Assembly: GCA_030599585.1 (NCBI GenBank) | Contig: JAUVNS010000007.1 | Coordinates: 32,001 to 96,000 of the forward strand | Source: Promethearchaeota archaeon | Lineage (GTDB): Archaea > Asgardarchaeota > Lokiarchaeia > Sigyniarchaeales > SOKP01 | Reading direction: 5' to 3' | Length of the DNA stretch: 64,000 bases | Shown: positions 9,155-17,773 of the stretch, one piece after another | How positions within the stretch are numbered: position 1 is the stretch's first letter | How the letters are laid out: the number at the start of each line of letters is the position of its first letter | Notes under the pieces: model-generated | Database searches by the model: none | What the model was told of the DNA's origin: nothing | Seen by the model: only the letters and a program-made list of their open reading frames with translations | Made by a program: the position numbers and the translations under genes

Positions 9155-10105
9155 ATGTCAGAAAAAGAATTTGAACATATTAAAATCGATTGGCCAACAA
9201 AGTTAAACGACCAAGGTGAGGTTATAAGAGAAGGAACCGTAGATGGAAATTATGCGGTAATTGCTATTAATAGACCTGATAGATTAAACGCTTTAACGGA
9301 ACAAACAGTATCTGAGATTTCTAGAGCATTACGGATGATGGAAGTTGATGGGAGCGTTCGAGCTGTAGTATTAAGAGGCACTAAAGACTTCACCAAGAAA
9401 CCTGCGTTTTCTGCTGGGGCTGATTTAGCAGCTGCTTTTAGTCCGGGGCTTAAACCTAATGTAACATGGCACATGGCATTGGCAATGAGGATTAGACATC
9501 GAGATTACGATGAAATTGAACAATTCTCAAAGCCTTTAATCGCTGCGGTTGATGGTTTTGCCTTTGGTGGGGGTTGTGAATTAGTACTCTGCTGTGATAT
9601 CGTGATTGTGTCTGATAGGACAAAAATTGGATTGCCAGAAATCAAGGTAGGTATTTTTCCAGCGAATGGAGGAGTCACACGTATGGCAGAAAGAATTGGG
9701 ACTAATAGAGCGTTAAGAATGGCGATGTTCGGAGAGCCTATCGATGGTCAGACTGCAGTTGATTGGGGATTAGCTTCTTGGATTGCACCTGCGGGGGAAG
9801 AGTTTGAAAAGCTCGTTCATGAGAAAGCTAAGTGGTTTGGAAACGCGCCTACTACCGCATTGTTTGTCATTAAGAAATGCGTGAAATTTGGTACGAGGGA
9901 TGTGCAATTAGGGCTTATCATGGAACAAATGGGCTTTGGACTCAATCAAGTATCCCATGATGCAAAGGAAGGCATAATGGCTTTTAACAGAAAAATTAAA
10001 TGCCCAAAATGTGGCGGTAAAGGTAAATTTGAGGACGGAACACAATGTGATGTCTGTAAAGGCAGACGAAAGATAAAAGATTCCCCACATTTCAAAGGGA
10101 TGTAA
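9155..10105 (+). CDS. Enoyl-CoA hydratase/isomerase with C-terminal CxxCxGxG zinc-finger insertion
   Basis: NRPDRLNAL, FSAGADL, AFGGGCE, LPEIKVGIFP; CPKCGGKG...CDVCKG near the C-terminus. Confidence 0.9.
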   Translation: MSEKEFEHIKIDWPTKLNDQGEVIREGTVDGNYAVIAINRPDRLNALTEQTVSEISRALRMMEVDGSVRAVVLRGTKDFTKKPAFSAGADLAAAFSPGLKPNVTWHMALAMRIRHRDYDEIEQFSKPLIAAVDGFAFGGGCELVLCCDIVIVSDRTKIGLPEIKVGIFPANGGVTRMAERIGTNRALRMAMFGEPIDGQTAVDWGLASWIAPAGEEFEKLVHEKAKWFGNAPTTALFVIKKCVKFGTRDVQLGLIMEQMGFGLNQVSHDAKEGIMAFNRKIKCPKCGGKGKFEDGTQCDVCKGRRKIKDSPHFKGM

Positions 10106-10198
10106 TCTATTTTTTTTCCTTTTATTTTTATTTATAATTCACTTCTAACCACTACAATTCCTATAATTTTATAAGCTATTCTAATTATAAAAATAGTA

Positions 10199-10747
10199 AT
10201 GGGAGGTATCGAAGTTATAGAAGAAATAAACGATGGCAATCTTTATCTTCGCAAAATTTCTAAAGAAGATATTGCATTTTTCTTTCAGAGTTTGAAAAAT
10301 AAAGATATGACAAATTATCTATCGCTTGGACCTTTATTGTCGTACGAACATTCAAAACGCTTAATAAAAAACTATTTAAAATCTTGGGAAAAGTACCTCC
10401 AGTTTAATTATGTGATAGAATTAAGGGAAAATCAAAAAAAAACTAGAATTGGTTCTGTTAGTCTATGGAATATCAATTGGTTTCATCAACGTTCCAGAAT
10501 AGGTATATGGATTCTCCCAACATATTGGGAACGTGGAATAGGTACGAAAACTATAACTTTGATAAAGATTATCGGATTCAACCATTTGAACCTAAACAGA
10601 ATTGAAGCCCATATAGCTATGAAAAATGAGAGATCGATTAAAATGTTTAAAAAATCTGGTTTTATTGAAGAAGGCACCTTGAGAGCATACCTTAATATCA
10701 CCGGAGAGTTCCAAGATGCTCTCTTGGTAGCTTGTTTTAAAACCTAG
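10199..10747 (+). CDS. GNAT acetyltransferase, RimJ/RimL family
   Basis: IGIWILPTYWERGIG, LNLNRIEA, NERSIKMFKKSGFIEEGTLR. Confidence 0.88.
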   Translation: MGGIEVIEEINDGNLYLRKISKEDIAFFFQSLKNKDMTNYLSLGPLLSYEHSKRLIKNYLKSWEKYLQFNYVIELRENQKKTRIGSVSLWNINWFHQRSRIGIWILPTYWERGIGTKTITLIKIIGFNHLNLNRIEAHIAMKNERSIKMFKKSGFIEEGTLRAYLNITGEFQDALLVACFKT

Positions 10748-11190
10748 GATATACTGGGGTTTAGTTGGTAACCTCGTAAAAATCCTTTCGATTTTACAAT
10801 CTTGTGTATATCTGAAGAAAACGACTTAAATTGTGAAAAATTTCCATTAAAATTGATCAATTCTTTTTTGAATTTGGTTAAGAACTGATCAAAGAGTTTA
10901 ACAGCAACACTATCAAGATATTTTTTTTTCTGTTTTTTACTATCTACTCTACTATCGCACTTAAAAATTAGATGAAAATTAGATTTAGGATGAGTATAAA
11001 AGTAAAATACGCTCTTGTTCATCCGTAACGTGTTCAAACTTTCTTTAAATCCATATTTTGTGAATCTGCATATCTGGTCGAAATAACTCGCAATCAGGTG
11101 ATAATTTTCATCCTCATTTGAACTATCACCAAAATTATGGAAAAATATGGGTATACCCTCACCATTCAATAATGTGATCTTTTGGATCAA
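10744..11190 (-). CDS. Longin-like domain protein
   Basis: N-terminal beta hairpin ITLLNGEGIPIFFHNF, a helix, three strands, and C-terminal FLTKF...FNGNFSQFKSF typical of Asgard longins. Confidence 0.65.
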   Translation of the reverse strand: MIQKITLLNGEGIPIFFHNFGDSSNEDENYHLIASYFDQICRFTKYGFKESLNTLRMNKSVFYFYTHPKSNFHLIFKCDSRVDSKKQKKKYLDSVAVKLFDQFLTKFKKELINFNGNFSQFKSFSSDIHKIVKSKGFLRGYQLNPSIS

Positions 11191-11342
11191 TTTCTATCCA
11201 AAACATATATTCTTTTTTGTAGTATTTATATGTTCGGTAAAAAAATAAGGATGAGTTTGTATTAATTAAAATGGTTATTAACACGAAAATAAAAGTAGAT
11301 TGTTCTACCAAAATAAGGAAGAGGATATTTTTATGCGTTTTT

Positions 11343-12488
11343 TTATTGTGACTTTTTGGTTTTGATTAATTCTATAATTTCCTTAAAAATTAGCAGAGAA
11401 TTATCGTATTCTTCCGTTTTTAGAGCCCCAATTGCTTGAAAATTTAATTTTTTAACCTTATTTGCAATCTTTTCGGCTTCTGCTCCCAACTTTATTTTCT
11501 TTTCCAGTAAATTTATATATTCATCAAACCTCTCAATATTTTTGGTTTTACCTATAAACCGGGATATTTTGATAATTTGGCTAATGTTGTCTATAGCTTG
11601 TTTAAAACGGTTTTGAGTGATATTATCCTTGATGAGAACTTCTAAAGCTTTTAATTCGTCTTCTAATTTGAGGTATTTACTTTCAGCATCAAGAATATAT
11701 ATCATTTTTGCTTCTATATCTTTGTTATATTCTGATAGATCCTCCTTTTCTAAAAATTCGATTTTTGAGTCGAGGATTCTTTTAGCTTTCTCAAATTCGT
11801 AATTTTCTGTTAATTTAGATACTTCTTTTAAATCTTTCTCAATAATTTCATTAAGAACATATCTTTTCCTTAATTCTAAATACAGTATTTCGGAAGTTTC
11901 CCACATTTTAAGGATATTACTATTAGTGAGTTTTTTTAAAAGCGCTTTCGCTTGTTCTAATGTCTCTCCCGCTAAAGAGAGATTATTAGTACTAACATAA
12001 CTATTAAATTGTATTTCTAATGGTTCCAACTGCCTAATCAAGTTTTGTTCCCTTGTTATGAATTCGTTCCATATTTTTGAATCTCTTAATAAAAACTCCT
12101 TTACATTACTAAAAGAATTCAAATCAATATTTCTTTCATGATATTGCTTAAATGTCTGGACTAAATCATGCGCTTCTTCAATGTTCCCTTTTCCTACAAG
12201 CTTATAAAATTCTTTTTCTAAACTTTCGAAATCATCCCTGATAACGATATATTTATGCTCTTCTTTAGCTTGTTTATAAAGATTAGCTATGTATTCACCT
12301 TCTTCTCTAACAACAGAATATAACCTAGCTTGTTCTGCAATATCCATTATTTCTTCAGCAATTTTTATAGCTTCGTCGAATTTTCCCATTAGATAGTGAT
12401 TATTCGCAATCACTTTTAACTCGTCAATTTTAGATAAGACCTCTAGTTTTTTTTTATTATCCTCTCCTTCATCGAGATTATAATTAAT
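11343..12488 (-). CDS. Helical-repeat (TPR-like) protein; start probably upstream of the GTG at 12413 (ATT at 12488)
   Basis: ORF track gives 11343-12413. The frame is open 25 more codons to an ATT 6 nt after GGTGA, and paralog similarity (LEVLSKIDEL) extends into this part. Confidence 0.7.
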   Translation of the reverse strand: MNYNLDEGEDNKKKLEVLSKIDELKVIANNHYLMGKFDEAIKIAEEIMDIAEQARLYSVVREEGEYIANLYKQAKEEHKYIVIRDDFESLEKEFYKLVGKGNIEEAHDLVQTFKQYHERNIDLNSFSNVKEFLLRDSKIWNEFITREQNLIRQLEPLEIQFNSYVSTNNLSLAGETLEQAKALLKKLTNSNILKMWETSEILYLELRKRYVLNEIIEKDLKEVSKLTENYEFEKAKRILDSKIEFLEKEDLSEYNKDIEAKMIYILDAESKYLKLEDELKALEVLIKDNITQNRFKQAIDNISQIIKISRFIGKTKNIERFDEYINLLEKKIKLGAEAEKIANKVKKLNFQAIGALKTEEYDNSLLIFKEIIELIKTKKSQ

Positions 12489-12490
12489 GA

Positions 12491-13552
12491 TTATTCACCA
12501 ACTTTTTGCGAGTTATTTAATTCCAAATTTTGCACAATTTCTTCATAAATTCTTAGAGCATTAGAAAATTCTCCAATTTTTAAGTATTCTAGGGCAGATT
12601 CACACAACTTTCTTATGTTGTTGTAGAACTCATTATTGACGCTACGATATTTGCTTTTCAGAATGTCGACTTTGTCTTTGATTCTTTTATCAAAGTATTT
12701 TAAACTTGACTTCTGGATAGTAGCAAGAAATTTTTTAGTTTGTTTTAAAAATATTATGCTCCTGCTCTTTCCCATTTTTTCAGAAAAATTGTCGATATCC
12801 TTTAAAATTTTATCTTGCTCGATTTTTAACTTATATACCATATTTTCTTCTTTCATTAATAATTGTTGAGCTAACGGTATGGAAGAGAGTTCATATTTAT
12901 CTGCGTATTTTTGTTTGAATTCTTCAACGACAGTACGAGCTTCTTCGTAATCCTCTGCTTCTACTAATTGCTTAAATCTTTTAGTTTTTTCCTTACAGAC
13001 TAACTCAATTTCATTAAGGATTTCACTTGCGCGAGCTCTTATGTGAGCTTCATTGATAAAATTGATTTGATCTTGTTCGAGCGAATCATCATTTATATCC
13101 CTTGCTAAATTAACTATTTTTTGAGCAAGCTTAATAGCTTCTCCATAGTTATTAGCAATGAAAAATTTGTCAGATTTCTCTTTCAACCTATTTATTTCAG
13201 AAAGCACAGGTAATAATTTAACTTCTAACGTTTTAATATTTGATTTAAGAATTTCTTTTTCAATTCCTATAATATTCAAGAATTCTGGAGGTTCTAATCC
13301 CGATTCTATAGTAATATTTCTTAAAATTTTTAATTCTGGATATTTTCTTGAAATCGCACCCCGAATTTGAGGAATATGTCTTTTTAAACTTTGAGCTGCT
13401 TTTTTTCCCATCCATACATACATCCGTTTTAGGTCTGGAATATAAAAGATCAAAACATTGAAGAGGGTTAAGTTATTAGTTAATTCTTCTTGGGGGATTT
13501 CTTCGAAATTACCAGAATATCGTAACTTATAAACTTTGAAATCAGAACTCAT
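12491..13552 (-). CDS. Gelsolin-like domain protein with C-terminal helical domain
   Basis: VLIFYIPDLKRMYVWMGKKA...ITIESGLEPPEFL matches the gelsolin repeat (YVWxG...EGxEPxEF). ATG at 13552; alternative GTG at 13564. Confidence 0.75.
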   Translation of the reverse strand: MSSDFKVYKLRYSGNFEEIPQEELTNNLTLFNVLIFYIPDLKRMYVWMGKKAAQSLKRHIPQIRGAISRKYPELKILRNITIESGLEPPEFLNIIGIEKEILKSNIKTLEVKLLPVLSEINRLKEKSDKFFIANNYGEAIKLAQKIVNLARDINDDSLEQDQINFINEAHIRARASEILNEIELVCKEKTKRFKQLVEAEDYEEARTVVEEFKQKYADKYELSSIPLAQQLLMKEENMVYKLKIEQDKILKDIDNFSEKMGKSRSIIFLKQTKKFLATIQKSSLKYFDKRIKDKVDILKSKYRSVNNEFYNNIRKLCESALEYLKIGEFSNALRIYEEIVQNLELNNSQKVGE

Positions 13553-13656
13553 CTCTAGAATCACTTAAGGATCAATAGTATTTCAATTTATATTAAGAAA
13601 AAAGAGAAGAGTCAAAAATAATATTAAACAATTTTTTTTAGTAGTTAGAATCTCTA

Positions 13657-16600
13657 CTAATCAGAACTTTCAATAGGCTCCTTTAAAATTTTATCTGGTT
13701 TAGGAGTTACTTTTGCTGGTTTTCCTTTTAGGAGCTTCGCATTTTTAGCTATTTCACCCTGGTATTTTACTTTAAATGCTTTTTCTCTAGCAGTTATGTC
13801 AACTCCTGGACTTTTTGTTTTTCTCAGCGTTTTACTATATTTTCTAACCTTCCTGACAGGTTTTGGAAATTTAAATATCTTTTGATAAAGATATAAATAC
13901 GTAAGCAATGCAGCCGCTGTTATTCCGCCGATTATAGATAATAATTGGAATAATAATAAATCTTCTTTTGGTATATTAGCACTTATTACTATTTCATACG
14001 ATGTAAAATCGTAATCTTCACCCTTATAAGCATTTATCGTCAAAGTGAACGAACCCTCTTGAATATTTGTCAATGTAACTGTGTATATGCCATCATTATT
14101 ATCATCAGTTAAGACACCATTACCATGAGCCCATCTATATGTAACTATAGCGCCCTTCACTGTACCTCCAAAGTCTAAGTTGTTTATTACAATATTTAAA
14201 GTAACACTTTCGCCGGGTCTTATAACTCTATTTGACTCCCCTGTAATATTTGTTCGTATTCTCACTACACTTACGTATATTTTTTGGATTAAAAACAGCT
14301 CGAAATTTGCTTTCTCCGCAATTAAAGTAAGGATACCTAATCCAACTCCCAGATCAGTCGTATTTATTATTATTGAATATTGTTCTAAAGCTATAGATTC
14401 AGATAACAGACCCGCCAAATCCCCATTTAACTGAACAATAGCACCTGAAATATGATTTTCTGCTCGGATATCACTATATTTGATTGTTAAATTAAGAAGA
14501 GAACCTATAGTAAGCTCAATATAAGGATCTAGTGTTTTATTTAATTCATTGATAAAAAGCGCGCCAGTGGACCCTCTTTCAATAATTTGTATGAAGAACT
14601 CAATAAGGGCTGTTTGATAATTTGTTACTTGAGCACGGATGACTATCCTATTTAAAGTGCTATTTAAATCAATTATGTTTATTGTTATGTTGTAATGCTC
14701 TAGTAACGCATTTTCTGTCATATATCCCTTATCTATTATATCAACATCTGCACCACCGAGATATTCTTTCGTGAGGTTATCAAGATAATTTACAGTTATA
14801 TTTAACATATCGGTTACTTCCAATTGGATAGTTTCTCCATTATAGTACTGAGATCCATTCAGAAAAAGTAGTAATTCAGTTTTCTTTTCGTCTATTATAA
14901 GCGTTATTACTTCTGAAGTCAAAGTATAATTATCTGTTTTTGCGCTTATAGTTAAAAATTTAACCCCTACTCCTAAATCATCAGCAGTTATAGTGATATA
15001 ATATTGGTTAAAGATTAAACTCTCAGTTAAATCTGTTGGAGTCCCTGATTCAATTAATCGGACATTCGCAGAATCTATGAAAGAGTCTGTGTTCAAATCC
15101 TTATAGAAAACAGTAATGTTCAATTGTTCTCCGATAGAAATATTGTAAAATTCAAAATTAGATGATAGTGTACCATTTAGATAAACATCAACTTTAGTGT
15201 CTCTTTCGGTGACAGATATAGAAATTATTCTCGAAGAAAGAGTATAATTCTCCTTAATAGCTGAAATCGTTAGAAAATTAATGCCAAGCGCCATTAATGC
15301 TGTGTTGATATTTAAACTATAATCTATCGGTGAATTTTCTGTGAAGTTTTCAGAAATTCCCGTTCCCGAAAGTTGCACCGATGCTCCACTAATAAAAGAA
15401 TTATCTAAACTGTCATTATAGGATATTGAAATGCTTAAAATTTCATTCCAAGGAATTTCTATTGATGTGGTTTCAATTCCGTCTAAATTTATATTGTCCA
15501 TATAAGAATTTCTCTCAAGTACTTCTATTTTAAAACGAATGGATTGAGTAGTATAATTTTCTTTAAATGCATTAACAGTGAGGAAACTGTTCCCTAAACC
15601 AAGATCCGTAGTGTTGATTATAATGGAATATTGATCATTTGAAAGATCTTCAGTTAAATTTTGCGGATTACCTATTCCAATCAATTCTACAGTTGCTCCA
15701 TCTATATGTATAGGAAGTTGTTCAATGTCTTTGTATGTTATTGTTATATTTCCATCATTTCCATATATCATCTCTATAGATTTATCCAAAGTTTGGTTTG
15801 TGCTATCTAAGTAGAGTTGTAATTCCGTGTTTCTTTCAATTACTTTTATATTGATTAACTCTGATATTGATTCGTAATACTTTTTACTCGCAGATATGGT
15901 TAAGAAATTATTACCAATCTGTAAGTTCGAAGATTGAATAGTAATATTATAATGTTCCAACGGATTATTTTCTGTTAAATTCTTAGGTGATCCTAATCCC
16001 ACCAGCTGTACTGCCGCATTTTGTATGAAATTGTTGTTAGTTTGATTTTTATATATAATTGTAATATTAATCGGATTACCCATAGTGACTTCAATTGATT
16101 TTTCTAATGTTTTATTTACACTGTTAAGGAATATATCTGTTTTAGTTTCTGTTTCTACTATATTTTCTGTATAAGAAATTACTAAACTTGCATTATCTAT
16201 TGAGACAATTCTTTTTTGTTCTAAAGGAAATGTATCCGCAAGAAAGACTTGTATAGTTAGAGTTATATTTTCATCCTTTAAAATTAGATTAGAGACGTCA
16301 AATCCTCCAATTTTAGCATCTTGAAAAGTGGTGTTTCCTGAACTCAATTTTATTGTCTCAGAATGTTGTCTGTCGTTAATTAAAACCCTTATTTCGGAAT
16401 TTGGAGAGGATTCGGTCCAATTTTGATCAAGCTTATATTTAAAATTAAGAGTAGCGTTATTTATTATAATATTACTCCCACTAATAGTATTTCCTATTTG
16501 ATTCCACGATATTTTAGTAAGTTCGTCGATTTTCTTTTTATATGTAAAAGTGAAATTTAAATACTTAAAGATTAATGAATCCCACCTATCACGATCGACA

Positions 16601-17517
16601 CCAGATTCATTATCTTCGCAATAAATGTCAATACCCAAAGTAATTGTAAATTGGTAATTATTAGTTTTAAATAAACTTGTTAAAATAGCAATTAAAATAT
16701 CTTGGGGGACAATATCTAATAAGGTATCACCATAACTGGGGATTGCAGGTGAATCTTGCCCTAAATCAACTGTTTGATTATAAGCTACTTCAAATTCAAA
16801 AGTGTTATCTGGATCAGAAATTAAAACATAAAATCTAGCATAATCTCCAGTTGAAAATTGCAATGGAGTATCACCAGGATCACCTGGACAATCAATTCCT
16901 CCATTCCACCAAGGGGATGTTGTAACAGTAGCATTAAAATAAGCTTCAACAGAAGCAGATGTAATAATATAATCTGACATATTTACTGGCATTGTTATAT
17001 TTCTTTTCCAATGAATACTAGGTGTATTATGAGTTTGACCCGCAGCTTCATTCTCATCCCAGAAATGATAAACATTCAAACCGGCAGAATCATTGAAAAA
17101 GTTATCAGGGTATCTTGGAAAACGTGGATTAGTAAAATTAGCCCAATCTAAATTTGGTGGATCTGCGACTAATTCAAATGTATTTGTTTCACCTAACACT
17201 TCGAAATTGGCTTGATCATTATCAGAAGTAGCGTTAACATCAGAAATATCTCCATCAGTTGTGTTATACCATGGAGTTATTGGAGTGGTAAATTCAGTAT
17301 TATCTAGCCATTCAATAGTATAAACATCTTGAACAATTCCTTGAGATTTGGGGTGAATATCTCTTAAATCATTATTATAACTATTTAATGTATCGATAGA
17401 TTGATACTCTACTAAGTTTGACATGAAAATAACTGATAGATTCCCAATAAAAATGAGAACCAAAAGTGCAATAACATATTTTGTCTTGGTCTTTTTATTA
17501 ATAAACATAATTCTCAC
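13657..17517 (-). CDS. Large membrane-anchored surface glycoprotein with ~7 Ig-like repeats
   Basis: N-terminal hydrophobic signal, many N-x-S/T sites, ~100-aa beta repeats (..NITxxY.D....I.GA.V.L....LT....K.NY), C-terminal TM and PVRKVRKY tail. Confidence 0.85.
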   Translation of the reverse strand: MRIMFINKKTKTKYVIALLVLIFIGNLSVIFMSNLVEYQSIDTLNSYNNDLRDIHPKSQGIVQDVYTIEWLDNTEFTTPITPWYNTTDGDISDVNATSDNDQANFEVLGETNTFELVADPPNLDWANFTNPRFPRYPDNFFNDSAGLNVYHFWDENEAAGQTHNTPSIHWKRNITMPVNMSDYIITSASVEAYFNATVTTSPWWNGGIDCPGDPGDTPLQFSTGDYARFYVLISDPDNTFEFEVAYNQTVDLGQDSPAIPSYGDTLLDIVPQDILIAILTSLFKTNNYQFTITLGIDIYCEDNESGVDRDRWDSLIFKYLNFTFTYKKKIDELTKISWNQIGNTISGSNIIINNATLNFKYKLDQNWTESSPNSEIRVLINDRQHSETIKLSSGNTTFQDAKIGGFDVSNLILKDENITLTIQVFLADTFPLEQKRIVSIDNASLVISYTENIVETETKTDIFLNSVNKTLEKSIEVTMGNPINITIIYKNQTNNNFIQNAAVQLVGLGSPKNLTENNPLEHYNITIQSSNLQIGNNFLTISASKKYYESISELINIKVIERNTELQLYLDSTNQTLDKSIEMIYGNDGNITITYKDIEQLPIHIDGATVELIGIGNPQNLTEDLSNDQYSIIINTTDLGLGNSFLTVNAFKENYTTQSIRFKIEVLERNSYMDNINLDGIETTSIEIPWNEILSISISYNDSLDNSFISGASVQLSGTGISENFTENSPIDYSLNINTALMALGINFLTISAIKENYTLSSRIISISVTERDTKVDVYLNGTLSSNFEFYNISIGEQLNITVFYKDLNTDSFIDSANVRLIESGTPTDLTESLIFNQYYITITADDLGVGVKFLTISAKTDNYTLTSEVITLIIDEKKTELLLFLNGSQYYNGETIQLEVTDMLNITVNYLDNLTKEYLGGADVDIIDKGYMTENALLEHYNITINIIDLNSTLNRIVIRAQVTNYQTALIEFFIQIIERGSTGALFINELNKTLDPYIELTIGSLLNLTIKYSDIRAENHISGAIVQLNGDLAGLLSESIALEQYSIIINTTDLGVGLGILTLIAEKANFELFLIQKIYVSVVRIRTNITGESNRVIRPGESVTLNIVINNLDFGGTVKGAIVTYRWAHGNGVLTDDNNDGIYTVTLTNIQEGSFTLTINAYKGEDYDFTSYEIVISANIPKEDLLLFQLLSIIGGITAAALLTYLYLYQKIFKFPKPVRKVRKYSKTLRKTKSPGVDITAREKAFKVKYQGEIAKNAKLLKGKPAKVTPKPDKILKEPIESSD

Positions 17518-17773
17518 CCTTCTACTAGATGTAGATAATTTTTATAATTTGGACTTAATAAATTCTGTAAGGAAATACTTATTTATAATATATTTTAACA
17601 TTTAATACTTAGTCTAGATAAAATTAATGTCATTGAATTTAAAGCAAAGAAAAATTAAATCAGAATTTTCAGAGTTGCCTCTTTTTGTATCAGATAGGAA
17701 AGGACTTTTATAAATAATTTATATCTTTCATAAATAAAAGATATGAAATTGAAGAAAATAAAAAGGAAATTTA

